From: an uncultured Acidobacteriota bacterium
Lineage (GTDB): Bacteria > Acidobacteriota > JAQAZP01
Length of the DNA: 64,000 nucleotides
Reading direction: 5' to 3'
Assembly: GCA_963836075.1 (NCBI GenBank)
Contig: CAWIIB010000009.1
Span: 2,304,001 to 2,368,000, forward strand
Part shown: positions 52,374 through 62,659 of the stretch, one piece after another
Numbering within the stretch: position 1 is the first letter of the stretch
Layout of the letters: each line of letters begins with the position of its first letter
Made by a program: the position numbers and the translations under genes
Notes under the pieces: generated by a model
Databases searched by the model: none
Told to the model about the DNA's origin: nothing
The model's input: the letters and a program-made list of their open reading frames with translations, nothing else

Positions 52374-53735
52374 ATGCGCGTCCTGCTGGTCAACCCGCCG
52401 GCACAAACGGTATTCGCCCGGATGGGGATGAGCTTGCCGCCACTGGGCCTGCTCTATCTCGCTTCCGCTCTGCAAGCGCGGGGACACGAGGTGGCGGTGC
52501 AGGACTTCGCCGTCGAGGGGCGGTATGAAACATTCGATTTCAGTGCCTGGGATGCGGTGGGGATCACCACCGACACCTGCCGGGCGGAACGGGCCTACGA
52601 AATCGCCCGCCGGGCCAAAGCGGCTGGTGCGCTGGTGGTGATGGGCGGGCCGCACACCCACTACTGCGAAGAGGAAGCGCTGGCTCCCGGCCATGCGGAC
52701 TACGTGGTTCGCGGCGAGGGTGAGGAGACCCTGCCGGAGTTGCTCGCGGCAGTTGAGGCCGGAAGCGACCCGCTGCAGGTTCCGGGCCTTTCCCGGGCCG
52801 GGGGTGCCCGGCCCGGCGGCGGGGTGGAGATCCGGCGCAGCGCCGACCGTCTGCCGGTGAACGATCTTTCCGCGCTGTCTTTCCCCGCCCGGAACCTGTT
52901 GCGGCCCGAACTGTATCGCAAGGCCCAGGTGGGTGGGCGGCCCACGGCCACCATCAGCACCAGCCGGGGCTGCCCCAGCAACTGCCACTTCTGTTCCGTG
53001 CCCGATTTTGTCGGCCGGCGGCTGCGGTTCCGGACGCTGGAAAACGTGATGGAGGAGATCGATGACATTTATCTCCAGCACGGCTACCGGGCGCTGGCCT
53101 TCATGGATGACAATTTCACCGTCAACCCGCGGCGGGCCTCGGCCATCGCCGAGGCGATCATCGACCGCGGGTATGATCTCAACCTCTGGCTCTTTTCCCG
53201 GCCGGACACCATCGTGCGCAATCCGGAGATGGTGCGGCTGCTGGCCCGGGCGGGGACCAGAACCATCTTCATGGGCATCGAAAGCGGCCGGGAGGAGACG
53301 CTCCAGGCCTTCAACAAGCGCTGTACTCCCGATGTGGCCCGGGAGGCGGTGGCCCTGCTCAAACAGAACGGTATCGAAACCCTCGGTGCGTTCATCCTTG
53401 GCGCCCTGGAGGATGACCGGGCCGCCGTGCGCCAGCTGGTGGACTATGCCCGCGAACTGGACACCGAGACGGCCCAGTTCGCGATCCTCACGCCGTTCCC
53501 CGGGACACGGCTCCACCGGCAGCTGAAGTCTCGAATCAAGGACAGCAACTGGTCCAGATACGATGGGGTGCACCTGGTCTTCGAGCACCCGGCGTTCCCC
53601 GGGAGATCGCTGGAACGGTGGCTGATCAGGGCCTACATACTTTTCTACTGTCGTTCCCGGGAATCGGTGAGCCGGTTTTTCACGTTTCTCAAGGCTCGTC
53701 GCCGGGGCCAGCGGGATGCACAGCTGCAGAACTGA
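52374..53735 (+). CDS. B12-binding-domain radical SAM protein
   Basis: PPLGLLYLA, GGPH, SRGCPSNCHFC, F.DDNF, GIESG, TPFPGT. Confidence 0.92.
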   Translation: MRVLLVNPPAQTVFARMGMSLPPLGLLYLASALQARGHEVAVQDFAVEGRYETFDFSAWDAVGITTDTCRAERAYEIARRAKAAGALVVMGGPHTHYCEEEALAPGHADYVVRGEGEETLPELLAAVEAGSDPLQVPGLSRAGGARPGGGVEIRRSADRLPVNDLSALSFPARNLLRPELYRKAQVGGRPTATISTSRGCPSNCHFCSVPDFVGRRLRFRTLENVMEEIDDIYLQHGYRALAFMDDNFTVNPRRASAIAEAIIDRGYDLNLWLFSRPDTIVRNPEMVRLLARAGTRTIFMGIESGREETLQAFNKRCTPDVAREAVALLKQNGIETLGAFILGALEDDRAAVRQLVDYARELDTETAQFAILTPFPGTRLHRQLKSRIKDSNWSRYDGVHLVFEHPAFPGRSLERWLIRAYILFYCRSRESVSRFFTFLKARRRGQRDAQLQN

Positions 53736-53758
53736 CGCTCTGTCCCGGGGAGTTCCAG

Positions 53759-55690
53759 ATGGGGATCTCGGTTCATTTCGGTACTCTCAAGCGCCGCCGG
53801 GCGCTGCCGCTGGCGGGTCTGTACTGTTGCCTGCTGCTGGCGCTGCTGATTCTTCCCGGGAGGCTCCCGGCCCAGGAACTGGACGGGATGCAGGTGGAAC
53901 GGGACGCGGTGGCCGACCTGCTGCGCTGCCACCTGGAGGCGCTGGGGGGGCGTGAACGGATTCTGGCCCTCTCCGGGACCCAGGTCACGTCCACGGTGAA
54001 GGCGTTCGGTCTGGAGGGCCGCAGTGTCACCTGGACCAGCGCGCCAAACCTGATCCGCAACGAACTGGACCTGGGGTTCATCACCCAGTCCGCCCTGTTC
54101 GACGGCGAAGTCGCCTGGAAGATGGACGGCAACCAGCGGGTTTCCCGGCTGGAAGGCGAGGAGCGGGAGGCGCTGGTGGGACGTGCGATCTTCGCCAGCC
54201 ATCTGTATTGCTTTCCCGAAATCAACGATTCGGTCTACCTCTACCGCGGGCCAACCAAGCGCGATGGACGGACCCTGCTCTGCCTGGAGGTGTCACCACC
54301 GGGGGCCGCCTCGGCCAGCCTCTATTTCGATCCGGACAGCTGCCTGCTGGTGCGCAGCGAGGTCCGCAGCCAGGAACTGGAGTCCGTGACCACCTACGAT
54401 GATTTCCGTGAGGTGGACGGTATCCTCTTTCCCTTCTTCTCCCGGCTCTCCACCGGCGACCCCCGTTTCGACCTGGAGACCCGGGTGAGTACCGTGACCC
54501 TCGATCCGGCAGTGGATGGCCGGTTCTTCACTCTGGCTGAAGCCGAGGAAGTGGGTTTTGACTGCCGGCTGGCCAACGGTGATGCCGCCGAGGACATCCC
54601 GATGCAGCTGGCCACCGACCTGATCCTGCTGGAGGTGGCGGTCAACGGCGTGGGAGGGATGCATTTCCTGCTGGATACCGGGGCCTCGGTGAGCGTGATC
54701 AACCAGTCGCTGGTGACCCGGCTGGGTCTGGAGAAGAAGGGCCGGCTGGTGGAGGTGATCGGCGCCGCGGGCCGCGCCGAGGCCTCGTTCACCCGGGTGG
54801 ACTCCATTGCCATGCCCGGCCTGGAACTGGTGAACCAGAGGTTGCTTTCCGTGGATCTCGATCCCTTCCTGCCCTATGTTGGGCGCCGGGTGGACGGGAT
54901 TCTCGGTTACGACTTCATCAGCCGTTTCGTGCTCAAGTTAGACTACGAGAACCAGACCATCAGTGCCTACCGGCCGTCGGCCTACCGCTACACCGGCGAA
55001 GGCCAGGTGCTGGACATCGAGCTCCAGGGCAACCTGCCGGTGATCAAAGGCCTGGTAGAGGACGAGCACGAAGGCGGGTTCCTGCTTGACACCGGGGCCA
55101 GCGCCGCCCTGGTCCTGCATCGGGAGTTCATCGGGGCCCACAACCTGCTGCGGGGGAAACGGGACCGGCGCGAAGTGTTCAGCGGGGGAGTGGGCGGTGT
55201 GGTACGGCAGATCTCCGCCCACCTCACCGCCTTCGGGCTCGGCCAGTACCGTTTTACCGACCTGCCGGCCCTGTTCAGTCTCGAGCCCCGGAGTGTGGGC
55301 CGGTCACGGCGAACACCGGTGGCGGGAAAGATCGGGGCCACCCTGCTCAACCACTTCACCATCTGTCTCGACTACCGGCAGGGCCGGGTGATCCTGGAGC
55401 CCAACCGCTTCTTCAGTGAACCGGTGCGCGTGGACCGTTCAGGGATGCAGCTGGTGCTCAGTGACGGTGAGGTGCTGGTGGCCGGGGTCGCACGTAAATC
55501 CCCGGCCCGGCGTGTGGGGATCAAGGTGCTGGACCGGCTGGTGATGCTGGATGGCCGCTCGGCCCTGGAACTGGGGCTGCCCTATATTCGCGATGTGCTC
55601 CGCGGACCGGCGGGGGGCAGGGTCCGCCTGATGCTCCAGCGCCGGGAGAAGGAGCGGACCGTCACCCTCAAGCTCAAGGACTACCGCTAG
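53759..55690 (+). CDS. Exported aspartyl protease (two retropepsin-like domains) with C-terminal PDZ
   Basis: FLLDTGA twice, DGILGYDF, SPARRVGI...D PDZ motif; signal peptide. Confidence 0.88.
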   Translation: MGISVHFGTLKRRRALPLAGLYCCLLLALLILPGRLPAQELDGMQVERDAVADLLRCHLEALGGRERILALSGTQVTSTVKAFGLEGRSVTWTSAPNLIRNELDLGFITQSALFDGEVAWKMDGNQRVSRLEGEEREALVGRAIFASHLYCFPEINDSVYLYRGPTKRDGRTLLCLEVSPPGAASASLYFDPDSCLLVRSEVRSQELESVTTYDDFREVDGILFPFFSRLSTGDPRFDLETRVSTVTLDPAVDGRFFTLAEAEEVGFDCRLANGDAAEDIPMQLATDLILLEVAVNGVGGMHFLLDTGASVSVINQSLVTRLGLEKKGRLVEVIGAAGRAEASFTRVDSIAMPGLELVNQRLLSVDLDPFLPYVGRRVDGILGYDFISRFVLKLDYENQTISAYRPSAYRYTGEGQVLDIELQGNLPVIKGLVEDEHEGGFLLDTGASAALVLHREFIGAHNLLRGKRDRREVFSGGVGGVVRQISAHLTAFGLGQYRFTDLPALFSLEPRSVGRSRRTPVAGKIGATLLNHFTICLDYRQGRVILEPNRFFSEPVRVDRSGMQLVLSDGEVLVAGVARKSPARRVGIKVLDRLVMLDGRSALELGLPYIRDVLRGPAGGRVRLMLQRREKERTVTLKLKDYR

Positions 55691-55693
55691 AGA

Positions 55694-56818
55694 TCAGTCG
55701 AGATACTCGTTGATCTCCTGGTCGGCGAAGTTGCGGGTGACATACCAGTTGGCCTTATTGCGGAAAAAGGACTTCGGCTTGTCGGGGCAGATCTCGTTGT
55801 AGAAGATCAGGTAGTGCCGCTTCACCGGGTGGTGGAAGAAGCCGAGGCGGACCATTGTCTCCCGCATGTCGGGGATGAAGAACTCCAGCCCCTTGGCCAC
55901 ATCACAACGCTCCCGGCGGAAGCGGGCCAGCACCTCGTGCACCATCGCCCGGATCACGGCCTCGTCCCCCCGCCGGGCGAGGAAGTCGACCAGCAAACCT
56001 TCGCGGATCCCGTTGTGTTTGAGCACCGTGCGGAACACCATGTAGCCGCGCATGTCGCCGGAACTGTCCCGGACCACCAGCTTGGTGTAGTGCTTTCCAG
56101 GATATTCACAAAAGCGCCAGTTGAGATACGAGTCGTCCCGCAAGACGATGATCGGATACCCGGGGCCCACCCGGGCGAAGAAGTCGGAGGTTTCCTTGTC
56201 GAAGCGCTCCACCTCTTCTATGGTCAGACCTTTCTCGCGAGGGGTCCCCAGGCCCTTGAATAGCCGCATGATGACCAGGGCCGGTTTGAGAACCAGATTG
56301 GCGGCGCCGGTGAGCAGGGGGTTCAGCGACTTGCGCTGCAGAACGTAGCGGGCGTTCAGCGGCAGCACCATGGGGCCGAAGGCCCCCACTTCGTCCACGC
56401 CCACCTTTTTCCCGGCGCGCAGCCAGATGGGCACCGTCTCCTGGATGGGGAAGCCCGACCCCAGGGTGGATGCCGAGAGCTTGATCACTTCCCGGGCCAG
56501 GCGGAAACCCTTCATCCCGCCGCGATGTTTGGGGTGGACCATGTAGTCCATCACCCAATGGGAGTTGTATATCGACCCGTCCACCATCAGCTGGGCCGGG
56601 ACACAGGACACCGAGCCAATGATCTTCCCCTCTTCCTCGAGGATGAAAATCACCGGCCGGTCCGGGTCCGTGCTGGGGTTCATCTCGTAGAGCCACTCCC
56701 AGCAGGCCAGGTTCATCTCACTCTTCTCTTCGTCCCAGCAGGCGGCGAAGAGCTCGAGCAGGGCCGGTTTGTCCTGCCTGGTGTAGTTGCGGATCTGGGT
56801 GGACGGTCTGGCGACCAT
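55694..56818 (-). CDS. GNAT-family acetyltransferase (long form)
   Basis: W.Y..NP, D.MVHP.HRG, R...YLNWR motifs. Confidence 0.75.
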   Translation of the reverse strand: MVARPSTQIRNYTRQDKPALLELFAACWDEEKSEMNLACWEWLYEMNPSTDPDRPVIFILEEEGKIIGSVSCVPAQLMVDGSIYNSHWVMDYMVHPKHRGGMKGFRLAREVIKLSASTLGSGFPIQETVPIWLRAGKKVGVDEVGAFGPMVLPLNARYVLQRKSLNPLLTGAANLVLKPALVIMRLFKGLGTPREKGLTIEEVERFDKETSDFFARVGPGYPIIVLRDDSYLNWRFCEYPGKHYTKLVVRDSSGDMRGYMVFRTVLKHNGIREGLLVDFLARRGDEAVIRAMVHEVLARFRRERCDVAKGLEFFIPDMRETMVRLGFFHHPVKRHYLIFYNEICPDKPKSFFRNKANWYVTRNFADQEINEYLD

Positions 56819-56833
56819 GGCGCTCCCTCTGTT

Positions 56834-58072
56834 TCAGCTGCAGATGACGGCGGCAACCAGCTCCACGGCCTGGTCGATCTCTTCCCGGGTGATGGTGATC
56901 GGGGGAGCGAAGCGGACGGTCTGCTCGTGGGTGTCCTTGGCCAGCACCCCGTGCTTCATCATCTTTTTCAGATACGGCTTCGCCTTGCCCGCCTCCCTGG
57001 TGAACTCCATGCCGATGAGCAGGCCCTTGCCGCGGATCTCTTTGATCAGCGGCGAGTTGAGCGCCCGGAGCTTGTCCATGAAATAGGCGCCCTTTTCCGC
57101 GGCCTGTTCGTCCATCCGTTCCTCCTGCATCAACTCGATGGCCGCGATGGCCACCGCCGAGCTGAGCGGGTTGCCGCCAAAGGTGCTGCCGTGGCTGCCG
57201 GGGGGGAAGGCGGCGTCCATCGCTTCGTTGGAAGAGGCCACCGCCGACACCGGCATGATGCCGCCGCCCAGGGCCTTGCCCATGATCAGGGCGTCGGGCC
57301 GCATGTCCTCGTGCTGGAAAGCAAAGACCTTGCCGGTGCGGAAGAAGCCGGTCTGCACCTCGTCGAGGACCAGCAGAACGTTATGCCGGTCGCAGATTTC
57401 GCGGATTTTCACCAGGTAGCCGTCGTCGGGGACGATGATCCCTCCCTCGCCCTGGATCGGCTCCACCAGGAAGGCGGCGGTGTTGGGTGTGATCGCCGCC
57501 TCCAGCGCCTCGGCGTCGTTGAAGGGAATGGTGACGAACCCGGGGGTGTACGGGCCGAATTCGTCATGGGCATCGGGATCGTCGGAGAAACTGACGATGG
57601 TGGTGGTGCGGCCGTGGAAATTTCCCGAACAGACGATGATTTCGGCCTTGTTCGCCTCCACGCCCTTGACCCGGTAGGCCCAGCGCCGGCTCATCTTGAT
57701 CGCCGTCTCCACCGCCTCGGCCCCGGTGTTCATCGGCAGCATCTTCTCCATGCCGGTGAGCTGGCAGAGCACGTCGGCGAAGAGGGCCATCTCCTCGGTG
57801 TAGAACGCCCGGGAGGTGAGGGTGATCTTCTTCAGCTGGTTCACCATCACCTCCACCAGCTTCGGGTGCAGGTGGCCGACGTTGAGCGCCGAGTAGCAGC
57901 CGAGCATGTCGAACAGTTTTTTGCCGTTCTTGTCCCAGACATAAATACCCTCGCCACGGGTGAGCACCACATCCATCGGTGCGTAGTTGTGGGCGCTGCG
58001 CCGCTCGGTGAGCTCGAGCACTTGATCGTGATTCAGTGTCCGGTCCAGGGCTGAGGAGCTGGTGGTTCCCAT
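56834..58072 (-). CDS. rocD: Ornithine--oxo-acid transaminase
   Basis: AHNY.P, YSALN.GH.HP, LTSRAF, PMNTGAEAVETA.K, EPIQGE.G, DEVQTG, GKALGGG. Confidence 0.93.
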   Translation of the reverse strand: MGTTSSSALDRTLNHDQVLELTERRSAHNYAPMDVVLTRGEGIYVWDKNGKKLFDMLGCYSALNVGHLHPKLVEVMVNQLKKITLTSRAFYTEEMALFADVLCQLTGMEKMLPMNTGAEAVETAIKMSRRWAYRVKGVEANKAEIIVCSGNFHGRTTTIVSFSDDPDAHDEFGPYTPGFVTIPFNDAEALEAAITPNTAAFLVEPIQGEGGIIVPDDGYLVKIREICDRHNVLLVLDEVQTGFFRTGKVFAFQHEDMRPDALIMGKALGGGIMPVSAVASSNEAMDAAFPPGSHGSTFGGNPLSSAVAIAAIELMQEERMDEQAAEKGAYFMDKLRALNSPLIKEIRGKGLLIGMEFTREAGKAKPYLKKMMKHGVLAKDTHEQTVRFAPPITITREEIDQAVELVAAVICS

Positions 58073-58102
58073 GACGATAACCTCTGTGAAGTAGATGGGT
58101 CG

Positions 58103-58131
58103 AAAAAAAACCCGCAGCCTGTTCGCGGGGT
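58103..58131 (-). terminator. Terminator-like hairpin plus U8 in the rocD leader
   Basis: Minus RNA ACCCCGCG-AACAGGC-UGCGGG-U8, about 30 nt before the rocD start. Confidence 0.6.
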
Positions 58132-58157
58132 CGCTTGCCTCGTCCGAAGCGCCGTCA

Positions 58158-58186
58158 AATATATCACCGGCTGGCGGCGGATTCAA
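58158..58186 (-). promoter_or_regulatory. Putative sigma-70 promoter upstream of rocD
   Basis: TTGAAT-17 nt-TATATT with extended -10 TG. Confidence 0.65.
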
Positions 58187-58219
58187 CGCCGCGCGGCACT
58201 GCGGGACGGCCCGCGGAAA

Positions 58220-59419
58220 TCACGAGGAATTCGATGTTTCAGCGGGAAATTCCGGCGGGTGGCCCGCCGCCTCCAGCAGCAGGTTGATGGTCTGCCGGGC
58301 CGCCCGTTCCCAGGAGAAATTCCGGCAGCGTTCAGTGCCCCGCCGGGCCATCTGCTCCGACTCCCGGTGGTGGGTCAGGGCCCGGGCCATCACTCCGGCC
58401 ATCTGCTCCACATCTTCCGGGTCGAAATAGAAAACGGCATCCCCGCCCACTTCGGGTAGCGAGGCGGCACTGGAACTGGCCACCGGAACGCCAAAGGCCA
58501 TTGCCTCCAGCAGCGGCAGGCCGAACCCCTCGTGCAGGGACGGGTAGGCAAAGAGCCGGGCCGTGCGGTAGAGGATGGCCAGAGTTTCATCGTCAACCCA
58601 GCCGGTGACCAGCAGGTCCTGCTCACCCAGTTCCAGGCGCCGGGCTTCGGCTTCCACCCGGGCGTGGGCCCGGCCCTTGATTCCGGCAAGTACCAGCTGC
58701 AGCCGCTCCAGCCCGTCCTGGCCGGCCAGTCTGGTTTTCACCTGCCGGAAGGCCTGGAGCAGCCGTTCCACGTTTTTGTGCGGAGCCAGGGTCGAGACGC
58801 AGAGGATGTGGGCCGGGCAGACACCCAGGGCATCCAGCCGTTGCCGCATCTCCTGATCGGACGGTGCCGCGGCGGCCGCCTGCTCCAGCAACCGGCGGGC
58901 GGGAGCCTCGTGGATCACCCGTACCTTTTCAGGTGGCAACCCGTAGGCCTGGCAAAGCCGGTGGGCGGTGAACCGCGAGACAGCGATCACCCGCTGGGCC
59001 CGGCGAGCGGAGAAGGGGATCAGTGTCTCCAGAAAGAGGCGGTAGGAGCGGGGGAAATTGTCCGGGTGGGTGCGCCAGATCAGGTCGTGAACCGTCACCA
59101 CCGTGGGCAGCCCGCCGCAGATCGGGGTGGTGAACCCGGGCGAGAACAAGACGTCGGCACCGTGTCGCAGCAACTGCCAGGGCAGCACCAGCTGTTCCCA
59201 GAGGATGCGCCGTGGCCGGGACTCCGCCGTCACCGGGCACAGAATCCGCTCCAGCCCCGGGGCGTCAGCGAAGGTGTGGTGGTTCTCGCGGTTGGTAAAC
59301 AGGATCAGGCGGTGCCGGATGGAAACGTCGGCCATGGCCGCCAGCAGGGAGCGGGTGTAGATCTCGGTGCCGCCCACCCGGCCGGGCAGCAGGAACAGCG
59401 TGTTGACGGCAATGTTCAT
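58220..59419 (-). CDS. Glycosyltransferase family 4
   Basis: [32 protein letters not shown]. Confidence 0.92.
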   Translation of the reverse strand: MNIAVNTLFLLPGRVGGTEIYTRSLLAAMADVSIRHRLILFTNRENHHTFADAPGLERILCPVTAESRPRRILWEQLVLPWQLLRHGADVLFSPGFTTPICGGLPTVVTVHDLIWRTHPDNFPRSYRLFLETLIPFSARRAQRVIAVSRFTAHRLCQAYGLPPEKVRVIHEAPARRLLEQAAAAAPSDQEMRQRLDALGVCPAHILCVSTLAPHKNVERLLQAFRQVKTRLAGQDGLERLQLVLAGIKGRAHARVEAEARRLELGEQDLLVTGWVDDETLAILYRTARLFAYPSLHEGFGLPLLEAMAFGVPVASSSAASLPEVGGDAVFYFDPEDVEQMAGVMARALTHHRESEQMARRGTERCRNFSWERAARQTINLLLEAAGHPPEFPAETSNSS

Positions 59420-60609
59420 CCGCCTTCGGCCGCCTCCTCAGCCTCGGTTCCCGGGGCGTCCGGTTCGTCACCGGCAGGTTCCTGTCCGCCCGGTGGCGCT
59501 TCGTCCTCGGCCTGGTCGAGCTTGTCATACTGGCGGCGCACGGCGTTGTAGTTCACGGTGACCACCGCCTGGGACGGACTGTTGGTGGAAATGCTGATGG
59601 TGCCTTCGGTCTCGCTGTTCGCCTCCAGGGCATCGGCCCGGAGGGTGGCGGTCAGTTCGAATTTCTGGCCCGCAATCAGCTCCACCAGGTCCAGGTCCAG
59701 CAGACCATTGTTGTCCCGGCAGCCGAACACGCTGAGCGGCCTGTCCGGGCTGTGTCCGGTGAGGTAGATCCGTTTCCAGCTGTCCCGCGGGTCCCGTTTC
59801 CCTGTTCCCACCACCATCAGCCGCAGGTGATCGGGCGTCACTTCCACGTCACCAGTGATCAGTCCGGTGATGTTCAGCGTGGCCGGGGGAGGGCCCCCGG
59901 ATGCGGCAGTGGCGGTAATGGTTTCCTTCAGCGGACCCGTGGACAGACCGGGCAGGGCCGAGATCTCGATCTCCAGGCGCTGGTGACCGTCCATGGTTCC
60001 GCCGCTATCCACCAGCCGGGCGGTGATGTGAGGGGATGTGGATTCGAGGCCGGCCAGTTCGGTATCCGCTGGATCACGGACCAGAATCACGGCGCGTCCG
60101 GAAACCGCTTCCACGGCCTGGTAGTGAATCGTGCCCAGAGCCAGCGCCCCTGTTTCGAAACCGAAGGGCACCTCCACCCGGGCGGTGAACATCAATCGGG
60201 TCAACCGGTTCTGCGGGTCGTTGGAGGTCAGTTCAATGACCCGGCTGGTCTCGCCCACCACGTCCTGACCGATAAAAGTCACTTCCACACCACCCTCCTC
60301 TCCGGGAGGGATCACCGGGTGGAGGATGGAGGTGCTGATGCAGGAGCAGTGCCCGTCGGCCTTGACCAGGCGCAGGTCGGCATTACCACTGTTCCGGATG
60401 GTGTAGACTGCGGAAACCGCTTCACCCCGGACCACGGTGCCGGCATGGTGTTCCGGGTGGGGAATCTCGATCAGCGGAGCGGCAGATTCCGTGGAAGGTT
60501 CGGCAACGGCCTGAAGCGGCTCGTCCTCTTCAGCCGGGGCGGCGATGCCGCCCAGCAGGAGCAGGGCGACCAGTGCGGCGGTGGCCGTGGTCAGCGGTGT
60601 GCGGGTCAA
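59416..60609 (-). CDS. Exported DUF1573 (Ig-like) domain protein, Cys-containing paralogue
   Basis: Signal peptide; N.G...L.L...GHCSC, IPPG..G, TSNDP motifs. Confidence 0.85.
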   Translation of the reverse strand: MTRTPLTTATAALVALLLLGGIAAPAEEDEPLQAVAEPSTESAAPLIEIPHPEHHAGTVVRGEAVSAVYTIRNSGNADLRLVKADGHCSCISTSILHPVIPPGEEGGVEVTFIGQDVVGETSRVIELTSNDPQNRLTRLMFTARVEVPFGFETGALALGTIHYQAVEAVSGRAVILVRDPADTELAGLESTSPHITARLVDSGGTMDGHQRLEIEISALPGLSTGPLKETITATAASGGPPPATLNITGLITGDVEVTPDHLRLMVVGTGKRDPRDSWKRIYLTGHSPDRPLSVFGCRDNNGLLDLDLVELIAGQKFELTATLRADALEANSETEGTISISTNSPSQAVVTVNYNAVRRQYDKLDQAEDEAPPGGQEPAGDEPDAPGTEAEEAAEGG

Positions 60610-60692
60610 GGGGTCACCAGCGATTCAGGGGAGGGCAGCAGAGCCGGCCGGAGGCAGCGTGCCGCCCCCGGCCCGGTCAACCCTTTGTTTCT

Positions 60693-62090
60693 CTATGGTT
60701 TCGGCGTTTTCTCCTTCTCCTCCTCGTCCGAATCGCTGTCGGTATCTGAATCAGCCGGCGGCTCGTCCTTTTTCTGGATCTCCGGCATCTTTTTCGTCTT
60801 GGCCGGCTGTTCCGCGCCTCCCAGTTCACCGCCCGGAGCGAACGGGTCATTCTCACCCGCGGCAAACAGCCCTTCAGCGGTATCGCTCTTCAGGGCAGGC
60901 TGTCCGTCGCGCAGGCTCCCTCCTATGGGGGGTGGCATCTTCCTTCCGGATCTGTTTTTCTTGTCGCCCTTTTCCTTGTACGACTTGCGCACCGCACTGT
61001 AGCGTATGGCCACCTCTTTCTGACTGGGGAAGTTGGTGGTCAGGACCACGTTGCCGCTGATATTGCCCTTCCCGGGAATGCTATCCGGTTTCAGTGTCGC
61101 GGTCAGTTCGTACTTTTTCCCCGGCGACAGCGGTTTCAGCTCGAGATCCAGGTGGTCCTCGGTGTCCTTGATATCGACGATCTCCAGATTGGCGCCCTCA
61201 ACGTGGTTGCTGATGAAGATCTTTTTGGTCAGGGTGGACGGCCGGGAGGAGGCCGTGTCGGTGACCACGAAGGTCATCCACTCCGGTGAGACCTCCACAT
61301 CCCCGATCACCGAGCCGGTGAGGCGGAGCATCGCTGTGGGTTTATCCGGGAGATTGGTTTTCAGGGTGACGGTCTCGTTGATCCGGCCCAGCGGCAGACC
61401 CGGCAGTGTGGTCACTTCCAGCTTCATCCGGTCGTAGTGGCCATTGTTGTCGGTGTAATCGAGCATCCTGGCGCTGATGAACTCGGATGAGGGATTCACT
61501 TCCAGCACTTTGGTGGCCGCCAGATCCTTGACCAGGATGAACGAACTCTTGGTTGTGCCCGCGTCGCGGCTCACCTTGCCCAGGTAGAGGCTCGGCTGCT
61601 CGAAGTCGAAGACCACTTCGATAAAGACCTTGACCCGGATGGTCGAGGTGGGGTTCTTCGGGTCGTTGGACGTGACCGTGATCGACTTGGTCAACGCGTT
61701 CTTTTTCGATCCGGAATTGAAAGAGACCTTGATCGTTCCTTCCCCGCCCGGGGGAATCGCCGTCTTGGTAACGACGGCAGCGGTGCACCCTCAGGAACCT
61801 TTGGCCTTGATCAACTGGAGCGGTGCATCTCCCTTGTTGATCACCTTGAAATTGTGGCTCACCTTGCTTCCGCTGGCGATGGTGCCAAAATCGTGCAGCG
61901 GCTCCGGAAAAAAGATCTCCGGAGCAGGTTGACCCGCTTCCACGCTCTTGCTGGCCTGGGAGAGTTTCCCCCTGGCGGTTTTGGCCGCCGGGTCCGCCGG
62001 CTTCTCCTGGGCTGCCAGTGGCGGGGTGAATACCAGGACCGCAGCGATAATCACCATCACCGCTGCAACGGAAAGAGAGGATCTGTTCAT
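60693..62090 (-). CDS. Exported DUF1573 domain protein, predicted selenoprotein (465 aa, Sec100 in S-U-G-C)
   Basis: ORFs 61791-62090 and 60693-61694 are in one frame, separated only by TGA at 61791-61793; read-through gives KAKGS-U-GCTAAVVTKTAIPPGGEG, which aligns without gaps to the paralogue's KADGH-C-SCISTSILHPVIPPGEEG. Confidence 0.8.
61759..61778 (-). promoter_or_regulatory. Candidate bacterial SECIS element
   Basis: GCCGUC-GUUACCAA-GACGGC starting 12 nt after the UGA; loop starts with G, 18 nt after the UGA. Confidence 0.7.
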
Positions 62091-62507
62091 GGCTTCTGCT
62101 ACCTTTCACTGACCGGGTCACCCCCGGAACATCCTGTTGCTCCTCGTCACCGAATGGGGAACGGACGTGTCCACAATAGCGGTCGGAATCTCCAAGGAAC
62201 CGCTCCCGGTGACTGTGGAACCTGATACGCATGGAGTCGGCGAAGCGTCGAGAAGAAATCAATGGTTTCCGCCTGCCGGCTGCATCGTTGCCCCTGAAAC
62301 CGCAAAACCCTGCCCTGAGGCAGGATTGGGCTTGGAACAGCCATATTTTCAGCAGTATAAATATAGGGGATCGTTTGAAGTCCGTCAAGAGCGACACTGT
62401 CCGGCCGGGAGGCCGATGACCACAGAACAGGACAGCCCGCCATGTGGAGCGGAACAAGCGTGACTTTGTAAGCGTTTTAAATTGAATTCGTTACGACTAT
62501 CGTTATG

Positions 62508-62524
62508 TTGGCACGGGGTTTGCT
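62508..62524 (+). promoter_or_regulatory. Sigma-54 (-24/-12) promoter
   Basis: TTGGCACGGGGTTTGCT matches the consensus YTGGCACGRNNNTTGCW. Confidence 0.8.
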
Positions 62525-62659
62525 ATGTAAAGGGGTGTTCCCTCGCCAGAGTGGAACGCCGGCGAACCCGCCGGACCCCATGGAGCCTTTGACCAGCGGC
62601 GGGGTTCTGAAGGCCGCCGCCAGGATGCACGGATAGCCATTCCAGATGGAGGTAGAAAG

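Noticed and set aside
61791-61793. Reading the TGA as a nonsense mutation or a genome-wide stop reassignment
   Set aside because: Many genes here end normally at TGA; exact Cys correspondence plus the hairpin favours site-specific Sec, though a pseudogene cannot be fully excluded
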